From Alphaproteobacteria bacterium (GTDB taxonomy: Bacteria; Pseudomonadota; Alphaproteobacteria; SP197): 64,000 bases of DNA. The stretch is taken from NCBI GenBank assembly GCA_964291265.2, contig OZ219747.1, forward strand, positions 2,400,001-2,464,000, in the 5' to 3' direction. The notes under the pieces are model-generated. The model had not been told where the DNA came from. It worked only from the letters and a program-made list of their open reading frames with translations, and made no database searches. The first letter of the stretch is position 1. Every line of letters begins with the position of its first letter. The translations under genes and the position numbers were made by a program. Below are positions 12,412-22,425 of this stretch, piece after piece.

Positions 12412-14701
12412 TCAGTTCTCCGGCGCTCGTGCGCCGACTTCCAGCCGCACCAGAAAAACGACCAGCAGAATGGCGCCGAGAGCGAACACGACATCGCCCG
12501 GAACGCGCATCCAGACCAGGGCTTCCATCAAGGGCGAATGCAGGAGTTCCGGCGTTCGGGCATGCCAGTAGCCCTGATCGAATGAAACCAGCGCCTGCAC
12601 GATTCCCTGGGGCAGCACGGAGCCGAACACCATCAGCGCGAGACCGCCGTTGAACAGCCAGAATACCCACGTCAGGGTCCGGTCCGACCAGCCGGCGGCC
12701 GCCTGCGGCAGGTCGCGCCGGCACAGGAGCAGCAACCCGATCCCGAGCATGCCGTAGACGCCGAACAGGGCCGCATGGCCGTGGGCCGGAGTGGTGAGAA
12801 GCCCCTGCAGGTAATAGAGGGACAGCGGTGGATTGATGAGAAATCCCAGCGCGCCGGCGCCCACCAGATTCCAGAAGGCGACGGCGAGGAAGAACATCAG
12901 CGGAAGGTGGTAGCGCCGCGCCCACGGAGCCATCCGTTCCGCCCGCCAGTGATCGTGGGCCTCGAACCCGATGAGTGCAAGGGGCACCACTTCGAGGGCG
13001 GAGAACACCGCTCCGAGCGCCAGCACCGACTCCGGGGTGCCGGCGAAATACAGGTGATGGAACGTGCCGAGCACGCCGCCGCCGAGGAAGATCATGGCCG
13101 AGAACATGACGTAGATGGCCGCGGTCGCGGCCCGGAGCAGGCGCATGTGAACGAAGACCCACGCAACCCACGCCGTGGCGAAGACCTTGAACACGCCCTC
13201 GACCCAGAGAGGCACGACCCACCATCGCCAGTACTCCGCGATCGTCAGGTGGGTGTCGCGTCCGTAGAGAAAGCCGGCCCCGAACAGCAGCGCCACGCCG
13301 GCCGTCGACAGCAGCAGCAGCACCAGCAGATGCCGGTCCTGACGCGCCTGCCGGATCGCCGGAACCAGGGCTCGCAGCATCAGGCCCAGCCAGATGAGCA
13401 GGCCCGCGAAGATCAGGATCTGCCAGAATCGTCCCATGTCGATGTATTCGTAGCCCTGATGGCCGAACCAGTAGACCCACAGAGGGTCTGTCATGTGTCC
13501 GGTCAGGGTCAGCCACTGTCCGGCAAACGAACCGACGACGGCAACGACCAGGGCGGCCAGGAGCACGTCGACGCCCAGTCGCAGGTAGCGAGGTTCCGAT
13601 CCCGCGATCATGGGGGCAAGGTAGAGTCCGGCCCCGAGCCAGGCCGTCGCGATCCACAACACGGCGAGCTGGACATGCCAGGTCCGGGTCAGCGTGTAGG
13701 GCGCGATGTCGGAGATCGGGATTCCGTAGAAGTCATGGCCATCCACCGCATAGTGCGCGGTGACGGTGCCCGTCACGATCTGCAGGCCGAGCAGGAGCGC
13801 GACGACCCACACGTACCGGACGACGACCTGCATCGACGCCGTCGGCTGCATGCCCGCGACCGGATTGGTTCCGGGACAGCCGTCTCCGGGATCCATGTCC
13901 CGCTGCCACTCGTCGCGTTCGCGCAGGAAGAACCAGCAGAGTGCACCGACCCCGCCGATGAGCAGCACCACCGACACGAAGGTCCAGATGAACATCGAAC
14001 CGGTGGGCTGGTTGCCGACCAGCGGCTCGTGCGGCCAGTTGTTGGTGTAGGTGACGTCGTCGTCCGGACGCAGGGTCGACGCGGCCCACGCTGTCCACCA
14101 CCACCACGCCACCAATGCCCGGATCTCGTCGTCCGGGAGCGCTCCCAGAGGCTGATCGGGAATGGCGAAGGCCTCCCGCAGGGCCCCGGCCTCGGGGTTG
14201 TCGCCGGTACCGCCGAAGAGCGCGGCGTAGTGCAGGATGATCGCCTCGACCGCCGCCGCGCGTTCCGGGGGGATGACGATGCGGCCGGATACGGGGTCGT
14301 GGGTATTCGTCCGCAGGCGCGCGGCGTGGGCGGCAATCCGTGCCTCCTGTTCCGGTCCGGAGAGGCTTGCGAAATCCCCATCCGCCTCGAGCATGGCCAC
14401 GGATTCGCGGTGGAGCACGTTGGCCGTCCAGTCCGGTGCGAGGTAGCATCCGTGCCCCCAGACCGAGCCCAGCTCCATGCCGCCCAGGCGGCGCCAGACA
14501 TCGCGCCCCCCTGTGAATGTCCGCGCGGCTGAACAGCACGGAAGTCCGACCGCCGGCATCCGTGACGATCTCGGAGGGTACCGGCGGCGCCAGTTGAAAG
14601 GCCCTGCCGCCGATCAGAAGCAGAACCCCGAACATGACGACCATGAACACCTCGAAGATCGCCCAGAGACGGGGCATGGTGAAGATGTCCCGATAGTTCA
14701 T
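12412..14701 (-). pseudogene. norB: Quinol-dependent nitric oxide reductase (qNOR/NorZ type), frameshifted, with active-site substitutions
   Basis: Start MNYRDIF at 14701 with AAGGAG RBS; frame switch at a 6-base run 14506-14511; motifs GSVWGHG.Y.APDW, YTNNWPHEPLVGN, WHVQLAVLWIA, GTFHHLY, HGHAALFG; HLWVEG reads PLWVEG. Confidence 0.88.
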
Positions 14702-15667
14702 GATGCTTCTCCTTGGGGTTGGTCCGGGCTGCGGCAACGGCTGCTCCCGGGTCGCGGCGAGGGGAGGGAGTCGAGGCCGGCCCGCCCTGCGGGCGAAGGT
14801 CGCAAAGGCCGGTGCGCTTCCCCTGGCGCGATGCGATCGCTGTACCGCCTGCCCCGCCGCACCTCGAGCCTCGTCGCCGCCCCCATCCGGCACGCTGGCG
14901 AGAGCCCGCATGGTTCCGCCGGACACGATCGGGTCCCTGCAGGACTTGCGGGCGCGGTCCGGCGGCGCCGGGCCCTCGCCCTGCGGCGCCTGCCCGCCGG
15001 ATTCGGACGTCCATTCCCGGCCTTGCGCGACGGGCCGGGCCCGGTGTCCGCGGCGCCCGATGCCTTCCTGCACGGCCCGCTCGCAGGGCGGCAGGGCCTG
15101 GGCGGGTCTGCAGGCCGCCTGCAGCGGGTTTCCGATCGCCGGCCCCGCCGTCGGCCGGAGGATTCCCAACTCGGACAGCATCGTCGAACATGGCAGCCAC
15201 ACCAGCAAGATGCGGTTGAATGTCGCAGCGGGGCAAGGACAGTCCGCGCCGGCCCCGAACGCAACTGCGTTGCCCCTGGCGCGGTCCCGGAGAGGGGAGT
15301 GAAGTGACAAGGAAGTGATCGACGTGGTTCGGTGGGTGAAGCTGCCGCACCGCAAGGCTCATCCAGCCAGCCGGAACCGAGTGTGGCATGGCCTGCGGCA
15401 ACGCCCGTGGTGAAGCGGACAAGGGGGGTGAAGCAGCGCCATCGAGCCTCGAAAGCGCCGCATGTGGGCGCCTTCGTTACGCAGCCGATGTCACCTCGCG
15501 GTCGGCAACGGGGCATGGTGCAGGGTCAGGCGAAACCTGCCGGCGCCCGCCGGTGGACTGTAACATTGCGCAAGCAAGCGTGAATTGAAGGGTCCGGTGA
15601 CGCCTGATAGGGATGTTCACGGGTGCCATACCCGCACCGGGGACGACACCGTGGGGAGTGAGTTCTC

Positions 15668-16543
15668 TTGAAGCAGCACACCATAGCGAATCCGGCGACC
15701 TGGACGGGTATGGGCGTCCACTTCGGCAGGAATGTGACCATGACCGCCCTGCCGGGAACGGCGGATCAGGGCGTGTGCTTCGTGCGCACCGATCTCTCGA
15801 ATGGCGGCCGCGTGATTCCGGTGCGTCACGATCGGGTCGTCAGCACGGATCATTCGACGACCCTGGGCAATGACAGCGGTGCGACAGTGTCGACCGTCGA
15901 GCACTTCATGGCCGCCCTGGCCTTCACCGGAATCGACAATCTGACTGTGGAGATCGATGGTGCCGAAGTGCCGCTCATGGACGGCAGTTCGCTCGAGTTC
16001 GTCAGGAACATCGAGGCCGCGGGCGTGCATGAGCAGGAAGCGCCGCGCCACTACATCCGCGTCCTCGAGGAAGTCGAGGTGCGCCGCCGCGGCGGATGGG
16101 CGCGCCTTTCTCCCCTGGACGGTCGCACCGTGTCGTGCGCCATCGATTTTCCCGACCCGGCCATCGGTTATCAGGAGGCCGCCCTCTCACTTGACGGCAA
16201 CAGTGCGCGCTCACCGGTGGTGGCTGCCCGGACCTTTGCCACCATGGACGACATCAGGAGGCTGAGGGAGCGGGGCCTTGCCCGGCTCGAGGCGGATGAT
16301 GTCGGAGACCTCGAATGTGTCGTCGTCGTCGACGGTGACCGCATTCTCAACCGCGGCGGTCTGCGTTCCGCCACCGAGTGCGCCGAGCACAAGGTTCTCG
16401 ACGCAGTCGGCGACATGGCGCTGGCGCCGGCGCCGATTCTCGGCGCCTTCGAGGGCTATTGCTCGGGCCACGCTCTCAACGTGGAACTGCTGACGGCGCT
16501 GCTGGCGGACCGGGCGGCCTGGGAAAGCACCCTCGACGACTGA
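15668..16543 (+). CDS. lpxC: UDP-3-O-acyl-N-acetylglucosamine deacetylase
   Basis: TVEHFMAAL, EVPLMDGSS, ARTF, HKVLDAVGD, SGHALN; TTG start. Confidence 0.95.
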   Translation: MKQHTIANPATWTGMGVHFGRNVTMTALPGTADQGVCFVRTDLSNGGRVIPVRHDRVVSTDHSTTLGNDSGATVSTVEHFMAALAFTGIDNLTVEIDGAEVPLMDGSSLEFVRNIEAAGVHEQEAPRHYIRVLEEVEVRRRGGWARLSPLDGRTVSCAIDFPDPAIGYQEAALSLDGNSARSPVVAARTFATMDDIRRLRERGLARLEADDVGDLECVVVVDGDRILNRGGLRSATECAEHKVLDAVGDMALAPAPILGAFEGYCSGHALNVELLTALLADRAAWESTLDD

Positions 16544-17457
16544 CCGTCGGACCGTGACCGGCCCTGATTCGCGGTGACCGCAGCGGCCATGTAGTTGACG
16601 GTGCTGTCGGACGACAGGCGCCAGCGGTTGTCGATCACGTGAAACGAAAGGCCGGTGACATCGGTCAGCCGGGCGCCGGAACGGCGGCACTGGCGGACCA
16701 GTTCCACGGGCCTGACGAAGCGCGAGACGTCGTGGGTTCCCCGCGGCACGAGGCGGACAATGTACTCCGCCGTGATCTTGGCCAGGACAAGGGAACGCAG
16801 TGTCCGGTTGAGGGTCGAGAAGATGATGAGCCCGCCGGGCTTCACGCAACGCACCGCAGCCGTGACGAAACTCTCGAGGCTGGCCACGTGCTCGACGATT
16901 TCCAGTGCGAGAAGGGCGTCGTAGGCGGGCCGGGCGAGGGCCAGGTCCTCGAGCGTTCCCTGACGCCATTCGATGCCGAGGCCGGAACGCCGGGCGTGCT
17001 GGCGGGCCACGGCAATCGCTTCGCCTGACGCATCAAGGCCCGTCATCGCGGCGCCGAGACGGGCGAGTGGCTCGCTCACGAGGCCGCCGCCGCATCCGGC
17101 ATCGAGGACGGCCAGCCCCTCGAGAGGGCGCGGATGGTCGTCGTCGAGGCCGAAATGGCGGATGAACCGGCGGCGGATGTAGGAGAGGCGTACCGGATTG
17201 AGACGGTGGAGCATGGCCAGGGGGCCGTCCTCGTCCCACCACTGGTCCGCGAGTTCGGAAAAGGCGCGGACTTCCGAATCGTCGACCGTGGTGTCTCCGC
17301 GGAGCTGCCGGAGCAGATCGAGGTAGTCGGCCCGCCGCCAGCGGTAGCGTTGTCCGCGCCCCGCGTTCAATCCGTGACGCCGCAGCAGGCGGCGGGCCGC
17401 GGCCGGTGTCAGGCCGAGGGCCCGGGCGAGCTCCGCCGTGCCATACCACTCGGACAT
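16456..17457 (-). CDS. ubiG: Ubiquinone biosynthesis O-methyltransferase with ~55-aa N-terminal HTH-like extension
   Basis: TVDDSEVRAF...WWDEDGP..MLHRLNPVR, LDAGCGGGL, LEIVEHV, STLNRT, VPRGTHD. Confidence 0.93.
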   Translation of the reverse strand: MSEWYGTAELARALGLTPAAARRLLRRHGLNAGRGQRYRWRRADYLDLLRQLRGDTTVDDSEVRAFSELADQWWDEDGPLAMLHRLNPVRLSYIRRRFIRHFGLDDDHPRPLEGLAVLDAGCGGGLVSEPLARLGAAMTGLDASGEAIAVARQHARRSGLGIEWRQGTLEDLALARPAYDALLALEIVEHVASLESFVTAAVRCVKPGGLIIFSTLNRTLRSLVLAKITAEYIVRLVPRGTHDVSRFVRPVELVRQCRRSGARLTDVTGLSFHVIDNRWRLSSDSTVNYMAAAVTANQGRSRSDGQSSRVLSQAARSASSAVSSSTLRAWPEQ

Positions 17458-17552
17458 TGTCTTGCGTCCCCTGTGCCTTTGCGAGTATGCAGGCGCGGCA
17501 TCGCGCCGTGAAGCCCGGATCGGTCACTGCGGCGCCTTTCCCGGGCCCGGTC

Positions 17553-18776
17553 ATGTCTCTCGTCGTCCAGAAATTCGGTGGCACGTCGCTTGGCGACATG
17601 AAGCGGATGGCAAGGGCCGCCTGTCACGTGAAGGCGGCCCTTGGATGCGGCCATCGCGTCGTCGTGGTGGTGTCCGCCATGGCTGGCGAGACTGACCGGC
17701 TCGTCGCCCTGGCGAGGACTGCCGGCGGGGCTGCCGAGAGCGCCGAACATGATGCCGTCGTCGCCAGCGGCGAGCAGGTGTCGGCGGGACTTCTCGCCCT
17801 GATGCTGCGTGACGCCGGGATTCCCGCGCGTTCGTTTCACGGCTGGCAGGTGCCGCTGATCACGGATTCGTCCCCTTCCCGGGCACGTGTGCTGCGCCTC
17901 GATCCCGAAGCACTGGGCGCCTGCCTGGAGGCGGGCGGGGTTCCTGTCGTGACGGGATTCCAGGGGGTCACGACCGACGGGCGCATCACCACCCTGGGCC
18001 GCGGCGGATCGGACCTGACCGCGGTGACGCTTGCCGCCCGTCTCGATGCCGAACGATGCGACATCTTCACCGACGTGGACGGTGTCTTCACCTGTGATCC
18101 GCGCATCGTTGCCAGGGCCCGCAAGCTCGATATGATCACCTGCGAGGAAATGCTTGAACTCGCGTCGCAGGGCGCGAAGGTTCTGCATGCCCGCTCCGTG
18201 GCCGTGGCCATGAATCACCGCGTCCGCCTGCAGGTGCTCTCCAGCTTCACCGGGGCTCCGGGAACCATGGTTGTCGACGAGGACGAGATCGTGGAACAGC
18301 AGGTCGTCAGCGCCATAGCCTACAGCAAGGATGATGCGAAGATCACGATGATCGGCCTGCCCGATCGTCCCGGTGTCGCCGCGGCACTCTTCGGGCCGCT
18401 GAGCGAAGCCGGCATCAATGTCGACATGATCGTCCAGAACATCTCTCCCGACGGCGAGACGACGGACCTGACCTTCACCGTCGCCGAGGGCGACCTCGGA
18501 CAGGCGCTCGATGTTCTCGCCGAATCGAACCGTGGTCTCGGTGCTGGCGACATCGTTCCCGATTCCTCCGTGGCCAAGGTCTCGGTCGTCGGTGTCGGCA
18601 TGCGCAGCCACGCCGGTGTCGCCGGCAGGATGTTCGCCGCGCTGGCCGACAAGGGCATCAACATCCAGCTGATCTCCACATCCGAGATCAAGATCAGCGT
18701 GCTCATCGCCGAGGACTACCTGGAACTGGCCCTCAGATCCCTGCACTCGGCCTATGGCCTTGATGTCTCCGATTGA
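17553..18776 (+). CDS. lysC: Aspartate kinase
   Basis: VQKFGGTS, VVVVSAM, TTLGRGGSD, two ACT domains, STSEIKIS. Confidence 0.97.
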   Translation: MSLVVQKFGGTSLGDMKRMARAACHVKAALGCGHRVVVVVSAMAGETDRLVALARTAGGAAESAEHDAVVASGEQVSAGLLALMLRDAGIPARSFHGWQVPLITDSSPSRARVLRLDPEALGACLEAGGVPVVTGFQGVTTDGRITTLGRGGSDLTAVTLAARLDAERCDIFTDVDGVFTCDPRIVARARKLDMITCEEMLELASQGAKVLHARSVAVAMNHRVRLQVLSSFTGAPGTMVVDEDEIVEQQVVSAIAYSKDDAKITMIGLPDRPGVAAALFGPLSEAGINVDMIVQNISPDGETTDLTFTVAEGDLGQALDVLAESNRGLGAGDIVPDSSVAKVSVVGVGMRSHAGVAGRMFAALADKGINIQLISTSEIKISVLIAEDYLELALRSLHSAYGLDVSD

Positions 18777-18787
18777 GCCGGCCGGTG

Positions 18788-19840
18788 ATGCGCCATAGCG
18801 GACACGAGCGTCTGGCGGCTCTCTGGGAACCCGGACGCAGGCTGCTTGGCGTCGAGAGAGCGATCATGGGCGGCGCCATGACCTGGGTTTCGGAAAGAAA
18901 CTTCGTCGCCGCCGTGGCGGCTGCCGGAGGGTTCGGGGTGATCGCCTGCGGCGCCATGAATCCCGAGCAGCTCGATGACGAGATCACCGGCACGTGGAGG
19001 CTCACCGATCGTCCGTTCGGCGTCAATCTCATTGTCATGCACCCCGATCTTGACCGGCTGATCGATGTCTGCGTTGCCCGCACCGTCACCCATATCGTGC
19101 TGGCGGGAGGACTTCCCCGGGCCGCCACGATCAGGCGTATCAGGGAGGCCGGACTGCGTGTCCTTGCCTTCGCCCCGGCGCTGGCCATCGCACGGCGCCT
19201 GGTGCGCGGCGGAATCGACGGGATCGTGATCGAGGGGATGGAGGCGGGTGGGCACATCGGCCCGGTGTCGACCAGCGTTCTGGCCCAGGAGACTCTTCCC
19301 CATATCGATGGTGTCCCGGTCTTCGTGGCCGGTGGCATCGGTCGCGGCGAGGCGATCGCCAGCTACCTCAGGATGGGGGCGGCGGGCGTCCAGCTCGGCA
19401 CCCGCCTTGTCTGCGCCCGCGAGTCCGTGGCCCATGACAACTTCAAGAAGGCCTTCCTGCGCGCCAGTGCCCGCGATGCGCAGCCCTCGCGGCAGCTCGA
19501 TGCCCGGTTTCCGGTCATCCCGGTGCGTGCCATCATCAATGACGGGGTGAAGAACTTCATGGAGAAGCAGCGCGAGGTGATCACGCGCCATGACTGCGGC
19601 GAGATCGACCAGACCGCGGCACAGCTCGAAATCGAACACTTCTGGGCCGGCGCACTCAGACGTGCCGTCATCGAGGGTGACGTGAAGAACGGGTCCCTCA
19701 TGGCTGGCCAGAGTGTCGGCATGGTGACACGCGAGCAGTCGATGGCCGACATCATGGATGAGCTCGTCGAGCAGGCCGCGCAGGCCCTCTCGGACCAGGG
19801 ACAGATCCCGGCATTGCCGCCGCCGCCGGAGCGGTGGTAG
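18788..19840 (+). CDS. Nitronate monooxygenase / FabK-like NAD(P)H-dependent flavin oxidoreductase
   Basis: GGAMTWVS, PFGVNLI, EGMEAGGHIG, VAGGIG, GVQLGTR, SLMAGQSVG. Confidence 0.88.
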   Translation: MRHSGHERLAALWEPGRRLLGVERAIMGGAMTWVSERNFVAAVAAAGGFGVIACGAMNPEQLDDEITGTWRLTDRPFGVNLIVMHPDLDRLIDVCVARTVTHIVLAGGLPRAATIRRIREAGLRVLAFAPALAIARRLVRGGIDGIVIEGMEAGGHIGPVSTSVLAQETLPHIDGVPVFVAGGIGRGEAIASYLRMGAAGVQLGTRLVCARESVAHDNFKKAFLRASARDAQPSRQLDARFPVIPVRAIINDGVKNFMEKQREVITRHDCGEIDQTAAQLEIEHFWAGALRRAVIEGDVKNGSLMAGQSVGMVTREQSMADIMDELVEQAAQALSDQGQIPALPPPPERW

Positions 19841-19878
19841 CATTCCCGCCGGCAGGCATCACATTCCCTGGCTCCCCG

Positions 19879-21243
19879 ATGACACACATTGAATTTCCCG
19901 GCGATGTCGACTCTCCTGATGCCGGGATCAGGGTGAGCCGGCGTATCGCCGACGAACTGCGGTGCACGCGCGTCCTGCGCAACCTCTCCATCGAGGATGT
20001 CGCGGCGACACTGAGGATCAGGGACGGCTTCATCGAGGCCATGGAAGAGGATCGATTCGATGATCTTCCGGGATCCGCCTACATTTCCGGGTTTCTGAGG
20101 ACCTACGCCAATTACCTCGGCCTCGATGGCGATCAGCTGGTGGCCTGGTTCAAGGACGACAACCAATCGACTTTCGCACCCAGGGAAATGGGGTTGCCGG
20201 TTCCGGTCTCGGAAGTCAGGCGGCCGACATTTCCGATCATCACGGTATCGCTCGTCGCCGCCGTCGGCATCGCGGTGGCCTGGTATGTCATTCAGGAACG
20301 ACAGTCGATCGATATCGATCTCGTGCCCGAGGTCCCCGGGTCGATCGTCGAGAACACATCGACCGGCCTCTCGGACGATGCGGGATCGAATGCCCTGGAT
20401 GGTGACGACGTGTTTGACGCCGTCGGAGAGGCCGCCACCGCGGAGCCTGACGCCGAAACCAAGCAGGTGGCCGGGGCCGGCGGTCCCCCGGACACCGTCG
20501 GCACGGCGGGCGACGGCGATGCCGCGGACCTTGCGTCCGACGCCGTGGTCGGCAGTCCGGACGATGCGGGATCGGATGCCCTGGATGGTGACGAGGTGTT
20601 TGACGCCGTCGGAGAGGCGGCGACCGCGGCCGACGTTCCCCCGGACACCGTCGGCACGGCGGGTGACGGCGATGCCGCGGACCTTGCGCCCGACGCCGTG
20701 GTCGGCAGTCCGGACGGTGCCGCTGCCGGCGAGGCAGCGGACATTCGCCCGAGCATCGTCGATGACGGTGCGAACGACGCCGTGACGGACGGCGGGACGG
20801 ACACGAGACAGGGCGAGGCCGGTGTGGCCCTCCAGGACCTGGCCGATGCCACGGGTGTCGAGAGCGGCGGCGATGAGTCGTGGGACGCCGCCGTGTTCGC
20901 CTCCGGGGACACTGTTCAGGAGCCGGCGGCCGTCGCTGAGGAAGAGGCGGACGATCAGCACACGGTCTACGGGACACCGGGCGCCGGTTCGCGCATCGAG
21001 TTGCGAGCCATCGATGAAACCTGGGTCCAGATCACGGCGCCCGACGGCGTGGCCGTGCTCACCCATATCCTGCTGCCCGGAGATGTCTATCACGTGCCCC
21101 ACGGCGACGGTCTCATGCTCGATACGGGAAATGCCGGCGGTCTCGAGATACGGGTTGACGGAGAGCTCATGCCCCCGCTTGGCGGGACCGGAGCCGTGGT
21201 GCGTGACGTCCTGTTGTCCGTCGAAACCCTGATCCGGCGATGA
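19879..21243 (+). CDS. rodZ: RodZ-like protein (N-terminal HTH, TM, acidic linker, C-terminal DUF4115-like domain)
   Basis: [36 protein letters not shown]; TM; WVQIT...[12 protein letters not shown]...LG..G.VVR; upstream of ispG. Confidence 0.85.
   Translation: MTHIEFPGDVDSPDAGIRVSRRIADELRCTRVLRNLSIEDVAATLRIRDGFIEAMEEDRFDDLPGSAYISGFLRTYANYLGLDGDQLVAWFKDDNQSTFAPREMGLPVPVSEVRRPTFPIITVSLVAAVGIAVAWYVIQERQSIDIDLVPEVPGSIVENTSTGLSDDAGSNALDGDDVFDAVGEAATAEPDAETKQVAGAGGPPDTVGTAGDGDAADLASDAVVGSPDDAGSDALDGDEVFDAVGEAATAADVPPDTVGTAGDGDAADLAPDAVVGSPDGAAAGEAADIRPSIVDDGANDAVTDGGTDTRQGEAGVALQDLADATGVESGGDESWDAAVFASGDTVQEPAAVAEEEADDQHTVYGTPGAGSRIELRAIDETWVQITAPDGVAVLTHILLPGDVYHVPHGDGLMLDTGNAGGLEIRVDGELMPPLGGTGAVVRDVLLSVETLIRR
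20372..20710 (+). repeat. Imperfect in-frame tandem duplication in rodZ linker (186 bp + 153 bp)
   Basis: cggacgatgcgggatcg at 20372 and 20558; [21 protein letters not shown]...[24 protein letters not shown] twice. Confidence 0.92.
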
Positions 21244-21304
21244 TGGCGCCTTGTCTGGAAGGAGCGGGCGGAGTATCAGTCAACGGCCAACCGGAACGCG
21301 AACC

Positions 21305-22411
21305 ATGAAGGACATTCCGAGACCACCCAGGCGGTGCAGTCGGACCGTCATGGTGGGTCAGGTTGCGGTGGGAGGCGATGCGCCGATTGCCGTGCAGTCG
21401 ATGACCAACACGCTCACGAGCGATGTTGCGTCGACATCCTCCCAGATAAGCGCACTCGCTGTCGCCGGTGCCGACATCGTGCGCGTGTCGTGCCCCGACG
21501 AGGACTCGACGGCGGCCCTGCGCAAGATCGTTGCCGAATCACCCGTGCCCCTGGTGGCCGATATCCACTTTCACCACCGGCGCGCCATCGAGGCAGCCAA
21601 GGCCGGCGCGTCCTGTCTGCGCATCAATCCCGGCAACGTCGGTTCGAGCGATCGGGTGAAGGACGTGGTGAAGGCCGCCCGGGACCACGGCTGCTCGATG
21701 AGAATCGGCGTCAATGCCGGTTCACTCGAGCGTGACCTTCTCGAGCGATTCCGCGGCCCCACGCCCGAAGCCATGGTCGAGAGCGCTCTTGGACATGCCC
21801 GCATTCTCGAGGACAACGACTTCCTTGATTTCAAGATCAGCGTCAAGGCGTCCGGAGTCGGGCTGGCGACCACGGCATACCGGATGCTCGCGGCGCGCTG
21901 CGACTATCCCCTCCATCTCGGCATCACGGAGGCCGGCGGCCTTGTTGCCGGCACCGTCAAGTCGTCGGTCGGAATCGGCATGTTGCTGGCCGAGGGCATC
22001 GGCGACACCATCAGGGTGTCGCTTGCCGCCGACCCGGTCGAGGAAGTGACCGTCGGCTGGGAGATCCTCAAGGCGCTGGATCTGCGCCGACGCGGCGTCA
22101 CCGTCATTGCGTGCCCGTCGTGCGCCCGCCAGCAGTTCGATGTGCCGGAGACCGTCAGCCGTCTCGAGCGGCGCCTTGCGCATGTCGATGCTGCGATGTC
22201 GGTGTCGATCATCGGTTGCGTGGTGAACGGACCCGGTGAAGCGCGCCTCTCCGACATCGGTCTGACGGGCGGCGGCAAGGAGCGACATCTCGTCTACATG
22301 TCGGGCAAGGCCGATCACAAGGTGTCCACCGGGGATCTTGTCGAACATGTGGCAACGCTCGTGGAGCAACGCGCCGAACAGATTCGCCACGAAGCCAGCT
22401 CCAGTGACTGA
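21305..22411 (+). CDS. ispG: 4-hydroxy-3-methylbut-2-en-1-yl diphosphate synthase
   Basis: [44 protein letters not shown]. Confidence 0.97.
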   Translation: MKDIPRPPRRCSRTVMVGQVAVGGDAPIAVQSMTNTLTSDVASTSSQISALAVAGADIVRVSCPDEDSTAALRKIVAESPVPLVADIHFHHRRAIEAAKAGASCLRINPGNVGSSDRVKDVVKAARDHGCSMRIGVNAGSLERDLLERFRGPTPEAMVESALGHARILEDNDFLDFKISVKASGVGLATTAYRMLAARCDYPLHLGITEAGGLVAGTVKSSVGIGMLLAEGIGDTIRVSLAADPVEEVTVGWEILKALDLRRRGVTVIACPSCARQQFDVPETVSRLERRLAHVDAAMSVSIIGCVVNGPGEARLSDIGLTGGGKERHLVYMSGKADHKVSTGDLVEHVATLVEQRAEQIRHEASSSD

Positions 22412-22425
22412 ACGTCCCGGTGCTC

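Noticed and set aside
12412-14559. qNOR variant as a nitric oxide dismutase (Nod)
   Set aside because: The substitutions are His-to-Pro and Glu-to-Lys single-base changes plus a frameshift, with the GTFHH pair intact; this fits decay better than the Nod pattern
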